Source: Octopus bimaculoides
Lineage: Eukaryota
Direction of reading: 5' to 3'
NCBI RefSeq assembly: GCF_001194135.2
Contig: NC_068981.1
Location: 69,499,744 to 69,533,344 of the forward strand
DNA: 33,601 nt
In this document: positions 11,156 to 23,448 of the stretch, piece after piece
Layout: every line of letters starts with the position of its first letter
Position numbering within the stretch: position 1 is the stretch's first letter
Translations under genes and position numbers: made by a program
Notes under the pieces: model-generated
Seen by the model: the letters and a program-made list of their open reading frames with translations, nothing else
Told to the model about the DNA's origin: nothing
Databases searched by the model: none

Positions 11156-11456
11156 TATGTATATATATGTATATCATTATTCTGAAATTTGTGCTACACT
11201 GTTTAGTGATACTTGGTTATTTCTTGAATTTTGTATGTAATTTTTTTCGTGAATTATTTCCTTAATTACACTATACCTACATTTGAAACTTTTCGTTTGA
11301 AACTTAACAAATTGTTAAGTTCAATTTCATTTTTGATAAAATTCGAGTCAGGAACGATTTCATAAATGACAATATTTGTACGTAATGAAATTTATTCGGG
11401 TTCCTGGTTTATTCATATATTTCGATTATTTGCGACAACATTTGATGCAATATTAT
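10339..11456. repeat. 296-bp direct duplication flanking a gap (10339-10634 = 11161-11456)
   Basis: Identical by eye at offset 822; the first copy ends exactly at the gap. Confidence 0.92.
10635..11098. other. Assembly gap (N run)
   Basis: 464 N. Confidence 0.99.
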
Positions 11457-12619
11457 TCTATTTAATTGATTTGTCTATCATCATACGCTGGCTTAACATT
11501 GTAGTTGCTGTTCCTAGCGACATGTTAAGCTAAGTAAATAATATTCTTTTCTATTTCCTTTCGACTTTTCGAACTGAGTTTCCTTTACTAATATTAAACG
11601 AAATGGTAATTATATGATACATAATTTTACACATAATACTACTGAACTGCAATAGTCTAAACAATGTTTACAGATTAGGTTAAAGTAGGTGTTAGCTCAC
11701 TGGTGACTTTAATTTGCAAAATAGTTATATCTATATGACAAGAAATTTCTCTCTTAAATTGTTCTATGTTGTTGCTTCCATGAAGTTCGTCAGTAAGAAT
11801 AAGTGTCGCGTAAATTAACTATCGTAATTGTGTTCTTCAGATTATGTATATGAAGAATATACATATCTTTTCCATTTAGCATTAGATTGTCAATCACACT
11901 TTTTGTATAGATATTCGAATATCTCGAGCAAAAATTCAAAAATAGAAAGGTAACTTAACAAGTGCGATAGGCTGTTCTCAGATCTCACTCTCCTCGACGG
12001 CCATTAAACAAATGAATGAGAGAAAACATATAAGTGTATTCATCAAAATCAGAATAGCACATTACTGGCCTTCCGGATCTATTTGCAGTTTTCCTTAGAC
12101 TATTCTTGCTACACCATGTTTTCAATGTGTTAGGCTTATCTGAAAACATTCAAATTCTTCATTGATGCAAGATAAGTTTTGGTACCGAAATAAAAAGCCT
12201 CCGTTGCATGATAGGGAAACAAGTTTCAGTAAATGTCCAAATCCATTCTTACGTACTTTGCATAATGTAGTGATATGAGATTGACAATGAATGTAAGTTC
12301 CAAATTTCTCCTTTGTCTAAAGATGTGGTTAACATATCATATATATTTCACATATTAGCAAATTTTTAATTTCTGTCGAATGATATTGCGGAATAAATTT
12401 CCATTTATTCTTCAATGATTTGTAAAAGTACTTTGAAATGCTTCCTAAACATATTTTTCTCAATCAATTCATTATAGTCGTTATATTACTGAAATAAACC
12501 ATTTTAAACGAAGAATGTCAAACACAAACACATAAGGTTTAATTTATGTATGCATGTATGTATGTCTGTAAGTGTGTATGTATGTGAATACGTATATATA
12601 GTGTGGAAAAAGGAGCATA

Positions 12620-13220
12620 TATTGAGCAGAGGTCTGCAATGCCTGTGCAGAGTTTTAGGGCCAATAAGGCTTGCACACATCATAAACTCTCTCCACTTTA
12701 TTGACATTATTCAGCAACAAGCCAGAGCAAGATGTCTGGTGCCAATCTGAGTTGCAGGCTCAGGGATGTGGGGGCACCATGATCTCTTGCACAAACCAAA
12801 GATCTCCAAAATGTCCAATGTCATTCGCTGGATATCTGGGAACTTGTGAATGGAAAGAGACCCCGGCAGAAGTCAAGGCTGTGTCAAATCCTCATTAAAA
12901 GCCTGTGATATGCAAGAGACTGACTGGGAGAGCATTGCCTGTCATCGCCACAGATGGAGGAAGCAAGGAGGGGGTTGACACTTTTGAGAGAGCACGTATT
13001 CAGCATGAGGAACTTTAGCGTGCTGCTCGAAAGTGTACTGCTGGTGTAGTTAGTGGGGAAAGCTTGGTTTGCAATGTTTGCAGTTGTATGTGTTTGTCAA
13101 GAGCAGGGCTCATTTGCCACTACCGTAACCGCAAATACAATATATAAGTTAGTCGTAGAGCGCACAATGTTCCTGAAGGTCAGCAATGGTCTTCCTCGTT
13201 CACGAGTGGACGGCCATCAC

Positions 13221-13221
<1 letters not shown>
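12620..13221 (+). mobile_element. RTE-clade (BovB-like) LINE, 3' truncated fragment of ORF2 C-terminus plus 3' UTR
   Basis: ELVNGKRPRQKSRL (GELxxGKR), DWESIACHRHRWR (WExLAxDRxxWR) and terminal LVCNVCSCMCLSRAGLICHYR (CxxCxxxCxSRxGLxxHxR); followed by (TA)n. Confidence 0.8.
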
Positions 13222-13276
<55 letters not shown>

Positions 13277-13919
13277 GCGTGTATGTATGTGAATTGTTAC
13301 CAAATTTTACTAACGTATAATAAATATGGTACCGAACCGCGTAAATACTAAATCATTCATCATGAGTACGAGCATCTAATGTGCAACAAATGAATAGAAG
13401 CCTTTTGAGTAGCTTATTACTAGACTTAAGCAAAATAAGACGTCATTAACAGTTTTATATTCCGACCTCATTAAACAGATCTCGTTATAGAAAAACAAAT
13501 CAGAAAAACAGACATACATATAATATATGTGTACATACACCATTATATCGAAAATAGAGTGAAATAGAGACATGTCATTGGTGTGAGATAGACACGCGTA
13601 CACTTACATAGGGAATTAAATACAAACTTAGAAATCCTACAAAACAACACCCTAAAACTTCTACTGAAAATATATTTACTATAATACTCTTTGATATATC
13701 GATTACTTGTTAATATGTCGGTTTCAAACATATCGATTAGATACGCATAGATAGAACTCGTGTTCATGTAAGAGACTTTCCTTTTGTGTTGTTACGTTTT
13801 ACTGATATGGAAAGTGTATTCTGTATAATGTCTCCGGTTAATAGGAAAAGAATAGTAAATCAATATGAAATTATTACAGAATTCGAATTTATCTTGACTA
13901 TCAACTTCTATAGACACAC

Positions 13920-13949
13920 ACATTAATATATATGTATACATTAAGAAAT

Positions 13950-14003
<54 letters not shown>

Positions 14004-14062
14004 CAAGAGAGAGACATACAGATATACATGCATATATATTTATATATGTATATATATGTATA

Positions 14063-14093
<31 letters not shown>

Positions 14094-14350
14094 GTGTACA
14101 TATATATATATATATATATAATATATACATATATGGGCATATATGTATATATGTGTGTGTGTGTGTATTTGTGTGTATACTATATGTTCATGCGTGGAGA
14201 CAAAAGGAAAAGTAGGAAATACGTTTAACAAATTCATACACTGATGTATATGTGAATGTGTATCGAAACATATACATATATACTCACACACATACATAAT
14301 GCATACATACATACATTCATACATACATACATACATGTACACGCACACAT
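13920..14350. repeat. Compound microsatellite block (GA)n/(TA)n/(TG)n/(CATA)n
   Basis: Direct reading. Confidence 0.92.
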
Positions 14351-14809
14351 ACATGTATCTATAATCATATGTTCCGATCAGCCATTTCTGTGCTCGAATG
14401 TTTGTGCAGCTCTTACTTTCATATTTTAGTTGAATAACAACTAAAACGCAAACCGACCCAGCAAGAGATTAATCGAGGATAAATAGCATTAAATCTTGAA
14501 AACCAAAATTCGATCACTCTCAGTTCAGCTAATATAGCTTCTTGTTTCTAAATTCTTACTACGTTTCGTGAACTTAACTGCTGTCCTGTCAACCAATTAT
14601 TGCAGTTTTGAATTGTATCCCCCTCCTACAAAAATAACCATAATTTTCAAGGTGGCTTTTTCACACGTTGATACATTACCTAGATTATGGCTATAACGTA
14701 AAATGTTGATCAACATATTCACATTTACTGTTATTTTGAAGACTTATCTTGCATCGAAGTGAATATTTTCGCCAAAATATAACCTTTGTAGATTAGAGAT
14801 AAAAGAAAG

Positions 14810-14900
14810 GTAAGACATACACATACATACAAACGTACAGATACACACTGATGTATAAGTTATATAAGGTTGTATACATATGCACACAAACACACATATG

Positions 14901-14963
<63 letters not shown>

Positions 14964-15095
14964 CACTTACATATATACATACGCATGTATATATATATAT
15001 ATATATTTGCACATACATGCATACATTCATACATATAGAGATACACGCATGCTTATACACACGCACGCACACAGACTTATATATGCATGTATGTA
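14810..15095. repeat. Compound (CA/TA)n microsatellite block with long (TA)n core
   Basis: Direct reading. Confidence 0.9.
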
Positions 15096-16592
15096 GGTGT
15101 ATCTCATGTAGTAAATTTTTCCATTTCCCTAACAAAGAATTCAGAGCCGATTCGTCCTTAACATTCAAAACGATGCGGTGACTATGCGTGATTATTTGCG
15201 CGTCAGATTCACAACTTAGCCTTACTTACTCTGGTTCCTTGTGCTATGTGTTCAAATCAAACCAAAATCAGCTTTCTTCTTTATGTCTTTAGAGCTGAGA
15301 GATAAAATGCTTAGAAAAGTATGGGTTCGTTCACATTATAACACATACTGCCAGCTGTAAGTCAAGATGGTGCTATTATAACTCAATCTGTTACCAGTGG
15401 TGACGGAAGGAAAGCATATTTAAGTGTCAATTTTAAATTGCTGGAGATGTTTGACACCAATGAAATTAGCAAATATTATTTTTTTAAATCTGTTTGGAAA
15501 CCTATCAGATAAGATTTAATATTCCTTAGTTCATAGTATAAGGAACTTTATTTGAATCGTATCCTGGTGGTTCTCGGTACGACATAAATTGCTCGGCGGT
15601 TAGGTTACGTGTTTGCAATCATATTCTTATCTAGCAGCTGCATTTGGCATTTGGAATTTGTTTGGTATAAGGTGAACTGTTTACCACTATGTTGTGCATA
15701 AGAAAAACAGTCTGCCCATAGATCAACTGTTTGACATATGGGGCTGCATAAGACTGTGGTTCATTATTTCCATTCTCCTCGATGCTACCAACCACAAATT
15801 ATAGTTAACATCTATTTCGCTACTTCGGTAAGAAAAGTGTAGAATATAGTTTCGGCAATTCTCCACAGCTGGATATGGAATGGCGCTTATAAAGCAGTAG
15901 TCACATACAGAACTCAACCATAGATTTATATGCATACTTATAGATACAAACTACTTATCAAGAGCTCAATGAGGATAACAGTACAGGTGAACCACCGTAA
16001 TGAAAGAAGTGATGCTGCGTCAATATTTACACAACTGCGGGACTGCCAGCAATTATTCTCTCATTGAAATGAATACGCATCAATATACTGAACAATATAT
16101 GCTCAGCACATACCTCTTTCCTATCTATCTTTTCTCTCACCAGAATGTATCTTTATTCCTCCTCTCAGTATTTGCACAAATTTGGACCTGCTAGCATTTA
16201 TTTTCAATACTTTCCCTCTTCTCACCATGCTATGCCTCATAATTATTATTTTGGTCATGGATTTGCTTAAAGAAGATTCGATCTTACTGGATTTATTTAC
16301 ACCTTCCGACCCTTCTGGACATAATAAACCAAAATAAATATCAGTGATGAGAAATATTCTTACATTGTCTCACCAAGACGGAATATCCAACGTACAGAGT
16401 CTTCCCTAGATACGATGTCACAAAGCAGGGACATCACTAAAGCACTTGTTAGAGAGTATATTTATTTTTTTGTATAATTTTTTTATTATTGGTTATGTAG
16501 TTAAATTTTAGATTTAATTAAATAAAATGAAATGTCACTACCATATATTGCCTAACTGCCTACTTTAGGCTATATATATATATATATATTAC

Positions 16593-16970
16593 GGCACTCA
16601 GTTTGTTACGACAACGAGGGTTCCAGTTGATCCGATCAACGGAACAGCCTTCTCGTGAAATTAATGTGCAAGTGGCTGAGCACTCTACAGACACGTGTAC
16701 TCTTAACGTAGTTCTCTGGGGAGATTCAGCGTGACACAGAGTCTGACAATGCTGACCATTTGAAATACTGGTACAAGAGAAACAGGAAGAAAGAGTGAGA
16801 GAAAGTTGTGATCAAAGAGTACAGCAAGGTTCTCTACCATCTCCTGTCGGAGCCGCGTGGAGCTTTAAGTGTTTTCGTTTAATTAACATTCACAACAACC
16901 GGTCTGGGAATCGAAAACGCGACCCTATGACTACGAGTCCGCTGCCCTAACCACTGGACAATTGCGCCTC
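16593..16970 (-). mobile_element. tRNA-derived SINE, same family as 2504-2895, full length
   Basis: The reverse complement starts GAGGCGCAATTGTCCAGTGGTTAGGGCAGCGGACTCG..TCGATTCCCAGACCGG and ends ..GTTGATCGGATCAACTGGAACCCTCGTTGTCGTAAC..GTGCC; (TA)n at its 3' flank. Confidence 0.92.
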
Positions 16971-18184
16971 TCTCTCTGTCTCTCTGTCTCCCTCTCTCTC
17001 TCTCTTTCTCTCTCCCTATGCATGCATATATATGTATATATGTATATATAAGTATGTGTATATATTTATATATACATATTTACATATATTTGTAATATAG
17101 CATAAATTTTTTCCTCCAAAAAATTCCATCAATGTTTTCACCATATTAAAATACTTTTAAAGGTGAAAATTATGAACAATTATAAATAAGGGCAAAAGAA
17201 AAAATATTTCCTATGCCAATATGCTAAGAATAAACTTTAAATCGTCAATTACCACATTACATTATACATTCACTATGAATACACCTCGTGCTGAAATCGA
17301 GGAAGACAATCTAACAGAACTCTTTTTTTTAAATAGGTTATCTCTGTATGTATGTTTATATGCATGTATGTATATATCTATATACTATACTATACTTTAC
17401 AAGCATATGTAATATAACTAGGATGTTTTCTTGATATCAACGGAAAAGCGTTGTTTCTGCATTAAAATTTGGAATTTTATCTACCAAGGACAAATTCAGC
17501 ATACAAGCAAGAAAAAATACGCATACATAGTTAATCACAAACACACAAGTAATGTAGAGTGAGACAGATATTTGTTTATGTTTGATATCACTACCCTAAT
17601 AATGTTTCATAACATTCTTACTCTCATAGGGAGGTAAAATATAAAGAATTAACATTCATATAATCACATAAAAATATATTGAGAGTAAACAAACATTTTT
17701 AGTTATTTTGAATATGATTAAATAATAAAATCGTTGGAAATAGTAAATGTGATGTTCGAAAATTAGTTCACCTTAAAAATAAAATAAAATATCTATCATT
17801 TCTTATTCACGAAAAAAAATTATATTTATAGAAAGTGAAATTATACTGGGACCTAAAACAGCATTTCAAATATCTGCCCATAATGAAACTTATAATTATT
17901 TCATAAAAAACCTATGAGATCAAAGAAAAGACAAACTGAAATGTTATATTACAACCTAAAGCAACGAAATGCATTCATTGTGTTGATAAAATAGTAAGGC
18001 ATCCAAAGGTATGTGTATATGATCATAGAGCTATTTTCAAATTTGCCTTTCACTTTGTGTTCATATGTGCGTTTGTTAGTAAATATATATTGAAGTATAC
18101 ATATACTTATAAGTATATATATGTAGATGCATACTTACACGCGCGCGCGCGCAGAAGCACGAGTAAAACACACACACACATGCC

Positions 18185-19440
18185 GTCACTTGCTCCACTG
18201 TACTTACTCCTAAATATCTGGACCTCAACTTACTTCCTTAAATCGCTTCTCTCCCGTTTCACATCTATGACACCAATTATGCCATTTGTGTATTCAATTC
18301 CTTTTACCTCCGCTCCTGGCCCCTTCCGCTGCTCTGTACCACGGATATCAAATTCCTCTACGCCGTCATCCCTCACAGTGACGGTCTCCTGAGCCTCCAA
18401 TTCTTCCTTAGAATCACACACTGTCCTCGAACCCAGGGCATTTACACTTCTCTGCATCACTGAACCTGTGTCCCTCATGACTGATTCACGTTAACGGGCG
18501 CTGTTCACCAACCACCCACCCTGTCTTTCCCCACCCACCGCTCCCCTCCTTTTTATGCATCCAAAACCTACGTGATCTCTAGCCTTCTCCCTTTCCCCGC
18601 TCTCACTCAAAGCACGCAATCTTTCATTGCTCTTGAACTCAATGCCACACTTGCCCATTTATCACCAACATCATTTCCCTCGCAGGTGCAAACCAACACA
18701 CTGTTCACATCCAATGCCTTTCATCATGTATCCCATCTAATATCCGCGGCAATAGGCCTCCACATGCTGTGACACCATCTCCAGCGGCAACTTGGTGTCG
18801 TCCCCTACCAAGAAAGTCTCCGCTACTCGTCAGGTTGACAAAACCAAACTGCCAAGTTATGAGTCGCTCTCCGACAGGTTTATGGTCGAGTCTATGGCAC
18901 TGGAGACATACGACGTTCTTCGAACCCGGGCCATACCTCTGCTGACTGTTCTCGGGGCGGAGATTTCTGTCCTCAAGTTCGACACCCGTCAGTCAGAGTA
19001 GCTATCATCCGAGGAAGCGTCTTTTCCATATAGTTTCCTGGTGCCACGAGAAATGTTTCTATACTGTGAGAGGCAAGATTCTCTGTTAATTTGCTACTAA
19101 TACTGACTTACTGCCTTAAATGTACTCTTTGCTGATCTTTAGAAGTCGGGTACTCTGGCCACTGTCTAGCAGACAGACTCACTGAACATTTTGGAGACAT
19201 CCACCTCAGAAAAAATATCCCGCCTGCCCACACCTTTTGCTTGATTAACCACTCCACACAACACCTGACGTGTCCTCCTTGGTCTTACACAATGAAGCTT
19301 CCGGCAGCAGACTTTGCATGGAGCAACTATACATCTCTTTACGAGCTCATATGCCGTTTGGACTTAACACAGCCACCGCCTTCTTTTTAAGAGCCTCTGA
19401 CTTCCATCTCTCTCGGCAATCTCAATCCACTTTCCTCTGA
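18185..19440 (-). mobile_element. Decayed 5' part of a CR1/L2-type LINE: SGNH-esterase-like ORF1 and start of APE endonuclease
   Basis: GC-richer than the flanks. The minus strand gives FLVGD (GDS block-like), YMMKGIG..GNDVG (GxND block), KWAS..NERLRAL, then YTN..IIGV..IFR..G (APE start). All motifs are frameshifted and degenerate. Confidence 0.5.
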
Positions 19441-19489
19441 TTTCCTCTCCACTTTTCTTCTACAGTCATATACATAACTTTCACTTTCA

Positions 19490-19544
19490 CCTGACACAGA
19501 CACACACACACAACATAACGTAATATATCTACTGCATACACACG

Positions 19545-19575
<31 letters not shown>

Positions 19576-19880
19576 TCATACGCACGCACACACATACCCA
19601 CCGAGAAAAACACATACACGCACGCGTATATAACTACACACATGTACGCACTCATACACAGTCACAAATTCACATGCCTACAAACACGGTAGCCCACATG
19701 CATTGACAGATATAACGCATCTCCCTACCTCATATTGTACTACAGCTACTAACCTGTTAGTTCCAATCTCGCACTCGCACACTCACACTGACACACAGGA
19801 ACACATACTATTATCTCACGCAGCACCCCCTATTATACAAGCCATATATTCACAACATACACACGTACACACACATACCA
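19490..19880. repeat. Degenerate (CA)n-rich tract
   Basis: Direct reading. Confidence 0.8.
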
Positions 19881-19889
19881 AAAATATAT

Positions 19890-20039
19890 ATACATGGCTG
19901 TGTGGTAAGAGGCTTGCTTCCCAACAACATGGTTACAGGTTCAGTCACACTGCGTGTCTTCTATTATAGTCTCGGGCCGACCGACGCTTTGTGTGTGAAA
20001 TTGGAAGACGTAAAGGGAATAAAGCCCATCGTATGTATG

Positions 20040-20104
<65 letters not shown>

Positions 20105-20315
20105 TTGTGTGTGTGTGTGTGTATGTGTGTGTCTGTGTCTGTGTCTATGTGCGTGTGTGTGTTTGTCCTCCAGTCATCACTTGACAATCGTTTTGATGTA
20201 TTTATGTCCCTGCAATTTAGCAGTTCGCCAAAGAGACCAAAACAATATGTACTAGGCTTACACAAAATTAACCGATTTCTTCGACTATAAGCGTCTAAAG
20301 CTGCGCTGCACCACG
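19890..20315 (+). mobile_element. tRNA-derived SINE with an internal (TA)n(TG)n microsatellite
   Basis: A box TGGCTGTGTGG (19895-19905) and B box-like GGTTCAGTCAC (19938-19948); TGTCTTCTATTATAGTCTCGGGCCGACC..; internal microsatellite about 20030-20160; 3' body GTTTGTCC..TTGACAA..AAAGAGACC..GTACTAGGCTTAC..TCGACTA. Matches my recollection of an abundant octopus SINE. Confidence 0.82.
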
Positions 20316-20438
20316 CGCGCGCGCGCATATGTATATGTTTGTATATATGGGTGTGCGTGTGTGTATATGTGTGTGCATAAAGACATACACCCCCCCACAT
20401 CCGCACACACAAAAATCAAACGCACACAGTCACACACA

Positions 20439-20439
<1 letters not shown>

Positions 20440-20513
<74 letters not shown>

Positions 20514-20515
20514 AC
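20440..20515. repeat. (CT)n microsatellite
   Basis: Direct reading. Confidence 0.95.
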
Positions 20516-20776
20516 TCCAACTTTTTGTCAGTTATTTTGTGTCCATGTAAAGACATACGTGCTTTTTCTCGGACTGTCGGACTGTGTACGCTTTCCTAGA
20601 TTTCTTCTTGACTGGACTTTTTCCTACATTCGACAAAGAACTCTGTTCAAAACGTCATTTCTGTTGTTATTTTTCTGTGTATAATGTCCACTAGACTTTA
20701 TCTAATATATTCCTTATGTACGTGTAATTGACTTTTTTAATTTTTACCTGTGTTTTAATTCATCAATTCGCCTCCA

Positions 20777-20965
20777 CGTGTGTGTGTGTATGTGTGTGCA
20801 CGTGTGTGTGTGTATGTGTGTGCACGTGCGTGTGTGTTTGTGTGTGTGTTTGTGCACGGGTGTGTGTGAATGTGTGTATGTGTGTGCATATGTGTGTTTG
20901 TATGCGTGTGTGTGATTCTGTATGTGCGGTTTTGAGCGTATGTGTGTATGTATGTGCGCATGTAT
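20777..20965. repeat. Degenerate (TG)n tract with TGCACG interruptions
   Basis: Direct reading. Confidence 0.9.
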
Positions 20966-21347
20966 ATATAACTGCTTATGGTAGTGATTAGAATATCAGT
21001 GTAAATTTTGCGCCGAAAATTGCCAGCACACAAAAATGGCAACTCTTACAAAATGACCGAAGCGAATTGGTTATTTTGTGCTAGAGATACGTACTTTCCA
21101 GATTGGCTCAATTGTGTGAAAATTGTAGAATGGAATATAGTAAAATAATCTTATGTTCAGGACAAAAGTAGAATTGTTCCTCACAGTAGGCGTTGCCAAT
21201 GAGTGAAGCCGCTATACTGTTGATGTTTATATATATTCTTCTGTTGGTCAAAACCAAATATATTGACATCGCAAAGACAAATAATGCACATCATGGCAAT
21301 GATTGAAAATTTTGCTTGTATATATACGTATGTGTGTGAGTGTGTAG

Positions 21348-22025
21348 GTATATATATATATATATATACATACACTCGTATACATGTATATATTTGTGTA
21401 TTTGTGTGTGTGTGTATATAGCTATATACACACAGNNNNNNNNNNNNNNNNNNNNNNNNNNNNNNNNNNNNNNNNNNNNNNNNNNNNNNNNNNNNNNNNN
21501 NNNNNNNNNNNNNNNNNNNNNNNNNNNNNNNNNNNNNNNNNNNNNNNNNNNNNNNNNNNNNNNNNNNNNNNNNNNNNNNNNNNNNNNNNNNNNNNNNNNN
21601 NNNNNNNNNNNNNNNNNNNNNNNNNNNNNNNNNNNNNNNNNNNNNNNNNNNNNNNNNNNNNNNNNNNNNNNNNNNNNNNNNNNNNNNNNNNNNNNNNNNN
21701 NNNNNNNNNNNNNNNNNNNNNNNNNNNNNNNNNNNNNNNNNNNNNNNNNNNNNNNNNNNNNNNNNNNNNNNNNNNNNNNNNNNNNNNNNNNNNNNNNNNN
21801 NNNNNNNNNNNNNNNNNNNNNNNNNNNNNNNNNNNNNNNNNNNNNNNNNNNNNNNNNNNNNNNNNNNNNNNNNNNNNNNNNNNNNNNNNNNNNNNNNNNN
21901 NNNNNNNNNNTATATATATATATATATATATATTTATGTATATATATATATATATATACATACACTCGTATACATGTATATATTTGTGTATTTGTGTGTG
22001 TGTGTATATAGCTATATACACACAG
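21348..22025. repeat. 88-bp direct duplication flanking a gap (21348-21435 = 21938-22025)
   Basis: Identical by eye at offset 590; the first copy ends at the gap. Confidence 0.9.
21436..21910. other. Assembly gap (N run)
   Basis: 475 N. Confidence 0.99.
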
Positions 22026-22487
22026 GCATATACACACGCACGCGCGAAACACATTGCATACATAAGGGTTATTACACAACTCTCTTTATTGTAGCAAATT
22101 TGAATGATAGCTGTTCCCATTGTTCCTTATATGTTCATTCCTGATAAGTTTAATCTCAAAGGACAAAAGTAGCATTAATGGCCGATTGTGTAGACGTATC
22201 AATAACAAACTAACATTGACTAATGGAAACAATTGTAAGTGAAATTTACTACAATAAAGAAAAATAGGTAATGACCATTCTTTATAGCTTGTCTTCTATA
22301 TCACTCTGTGTAAAAGCCACTATGACTGGAGCACAACCGTTGATTTACAATATAGAATAGTAATAGACTATAAACTCAGACACTGCCACACGATTTCACG
22401 TAGTGTTTTACTAATCTAAACAATATTGCTTACTTTATATACTAACAAACAGCTTATAGAGTATAAGCCCATACTGATAATCTATAA

Positions 22488-22548
<61 letters not shown>

Positions 22549-22964
22549 NNNNNNNNNNNNNNNNNNNNNNNNNNNNNNNNNNNNNNNNNNNNNNNNNNNN
22601 NNNNNNNNNNNNNNNNNNNNNNNNNNNNNNNNNNNNNNNNNNNNNNNNNNNNNNNNNNNNNNNNNNNNNNNNNNNNNNNNNNNNNNNNNNNNNNNNNNNN
22701 NNNNNNNNNNNNNNNNNNNNNNNNNNNNNNNNNNNNNNNNNNNNNNNNNNNNNNNNNNNNNNNNNNNNNNNNNNNNNNNNNNNNNNNNNNNNNNNNNNNN
22801 NNNNNNNNNNNNNNNNNNNNNNNNNNNNNNNNNNNNNNNNNNNNNNNNNNNNNNNNNNNNNNNNNNNNNNNNNNNNNNNNNNNNNNNNNNNNNNNNNNNN
22901 NNNNNNNNNNNNNNNNNNNNNNNNNNNNNNNNNNNNNNNNNNNNNNNNNNNNNNNNNNNNNNNN
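22549..22964. other. Assembly gap (N run)
   Basis: 416 N between (CA)n (22490-22548) and (TA)n. Confidence 0.99.
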
Positions 22965-23001
<37 letters not shown>

Positions 23002-23089
23002 TACATATGTGTGTGTGTGTGTGTGTGTGTGTTCGTGTATAATTATACATATATATATATGTATAATTCTATTTCTTATGTTACGTTTG

Positions 23090-23390
23090 TCTGATAGTCG
23101 AAAGACCCATTCTGTTTGTCATCTCATTGTGCTTGTATATGTACATTCGTTTCCCTTGCGCACGGGATTAATGACTTCACCTTAAGTACGTGGCCCAACT
23201 GGTTTCGAGTTGTATAGGAGAGTATCGGGTGAAACTACGTGGACATTCCAGACTCCGACTGAAGAAGCAATTGACTGCGAATGATCCATGTATCTTGTTT
23301 CGTCCTATTTGCTGTTGTTGTGCTATCGTACTTTTACTCTTTGTTATGTTTTGACTATTTTCATTTGTTGTGCTTATTACGTTTCATATA
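23090..23390 (+). mobile_element. Possible Penelope-type terminal repeat remnant
   Basis: CTGAAGAAGCA..TGCGAA hammerhead-like core at 23259-23281, followed by a T-rich tail like other PLE ends; no coding support. Confidence 0.35.
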
Positions 23391-23398
23391 TATATATA

Positions 23399-23446
<48 letters not shown>

Positions 23447-23448
<2 letters not shown>

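Noticed and set aside
16145-16450. Strong polypyrimidine acceptor at 16144 with open stretches in several frames
   Set aside because: No frame is favoured, there is no convincing donor or motif, and it cannot be supported without transcript data.
461-23094. Long ORFs that span N runs (e.g. 461-991, 2774-3595, 5238-5795, 10544-11240, 21291-22120, 22426-23094)
   Set aside because: They are open only because N codons are not stops; the rest is poly-(YI/HT/CV) from microsatellites.
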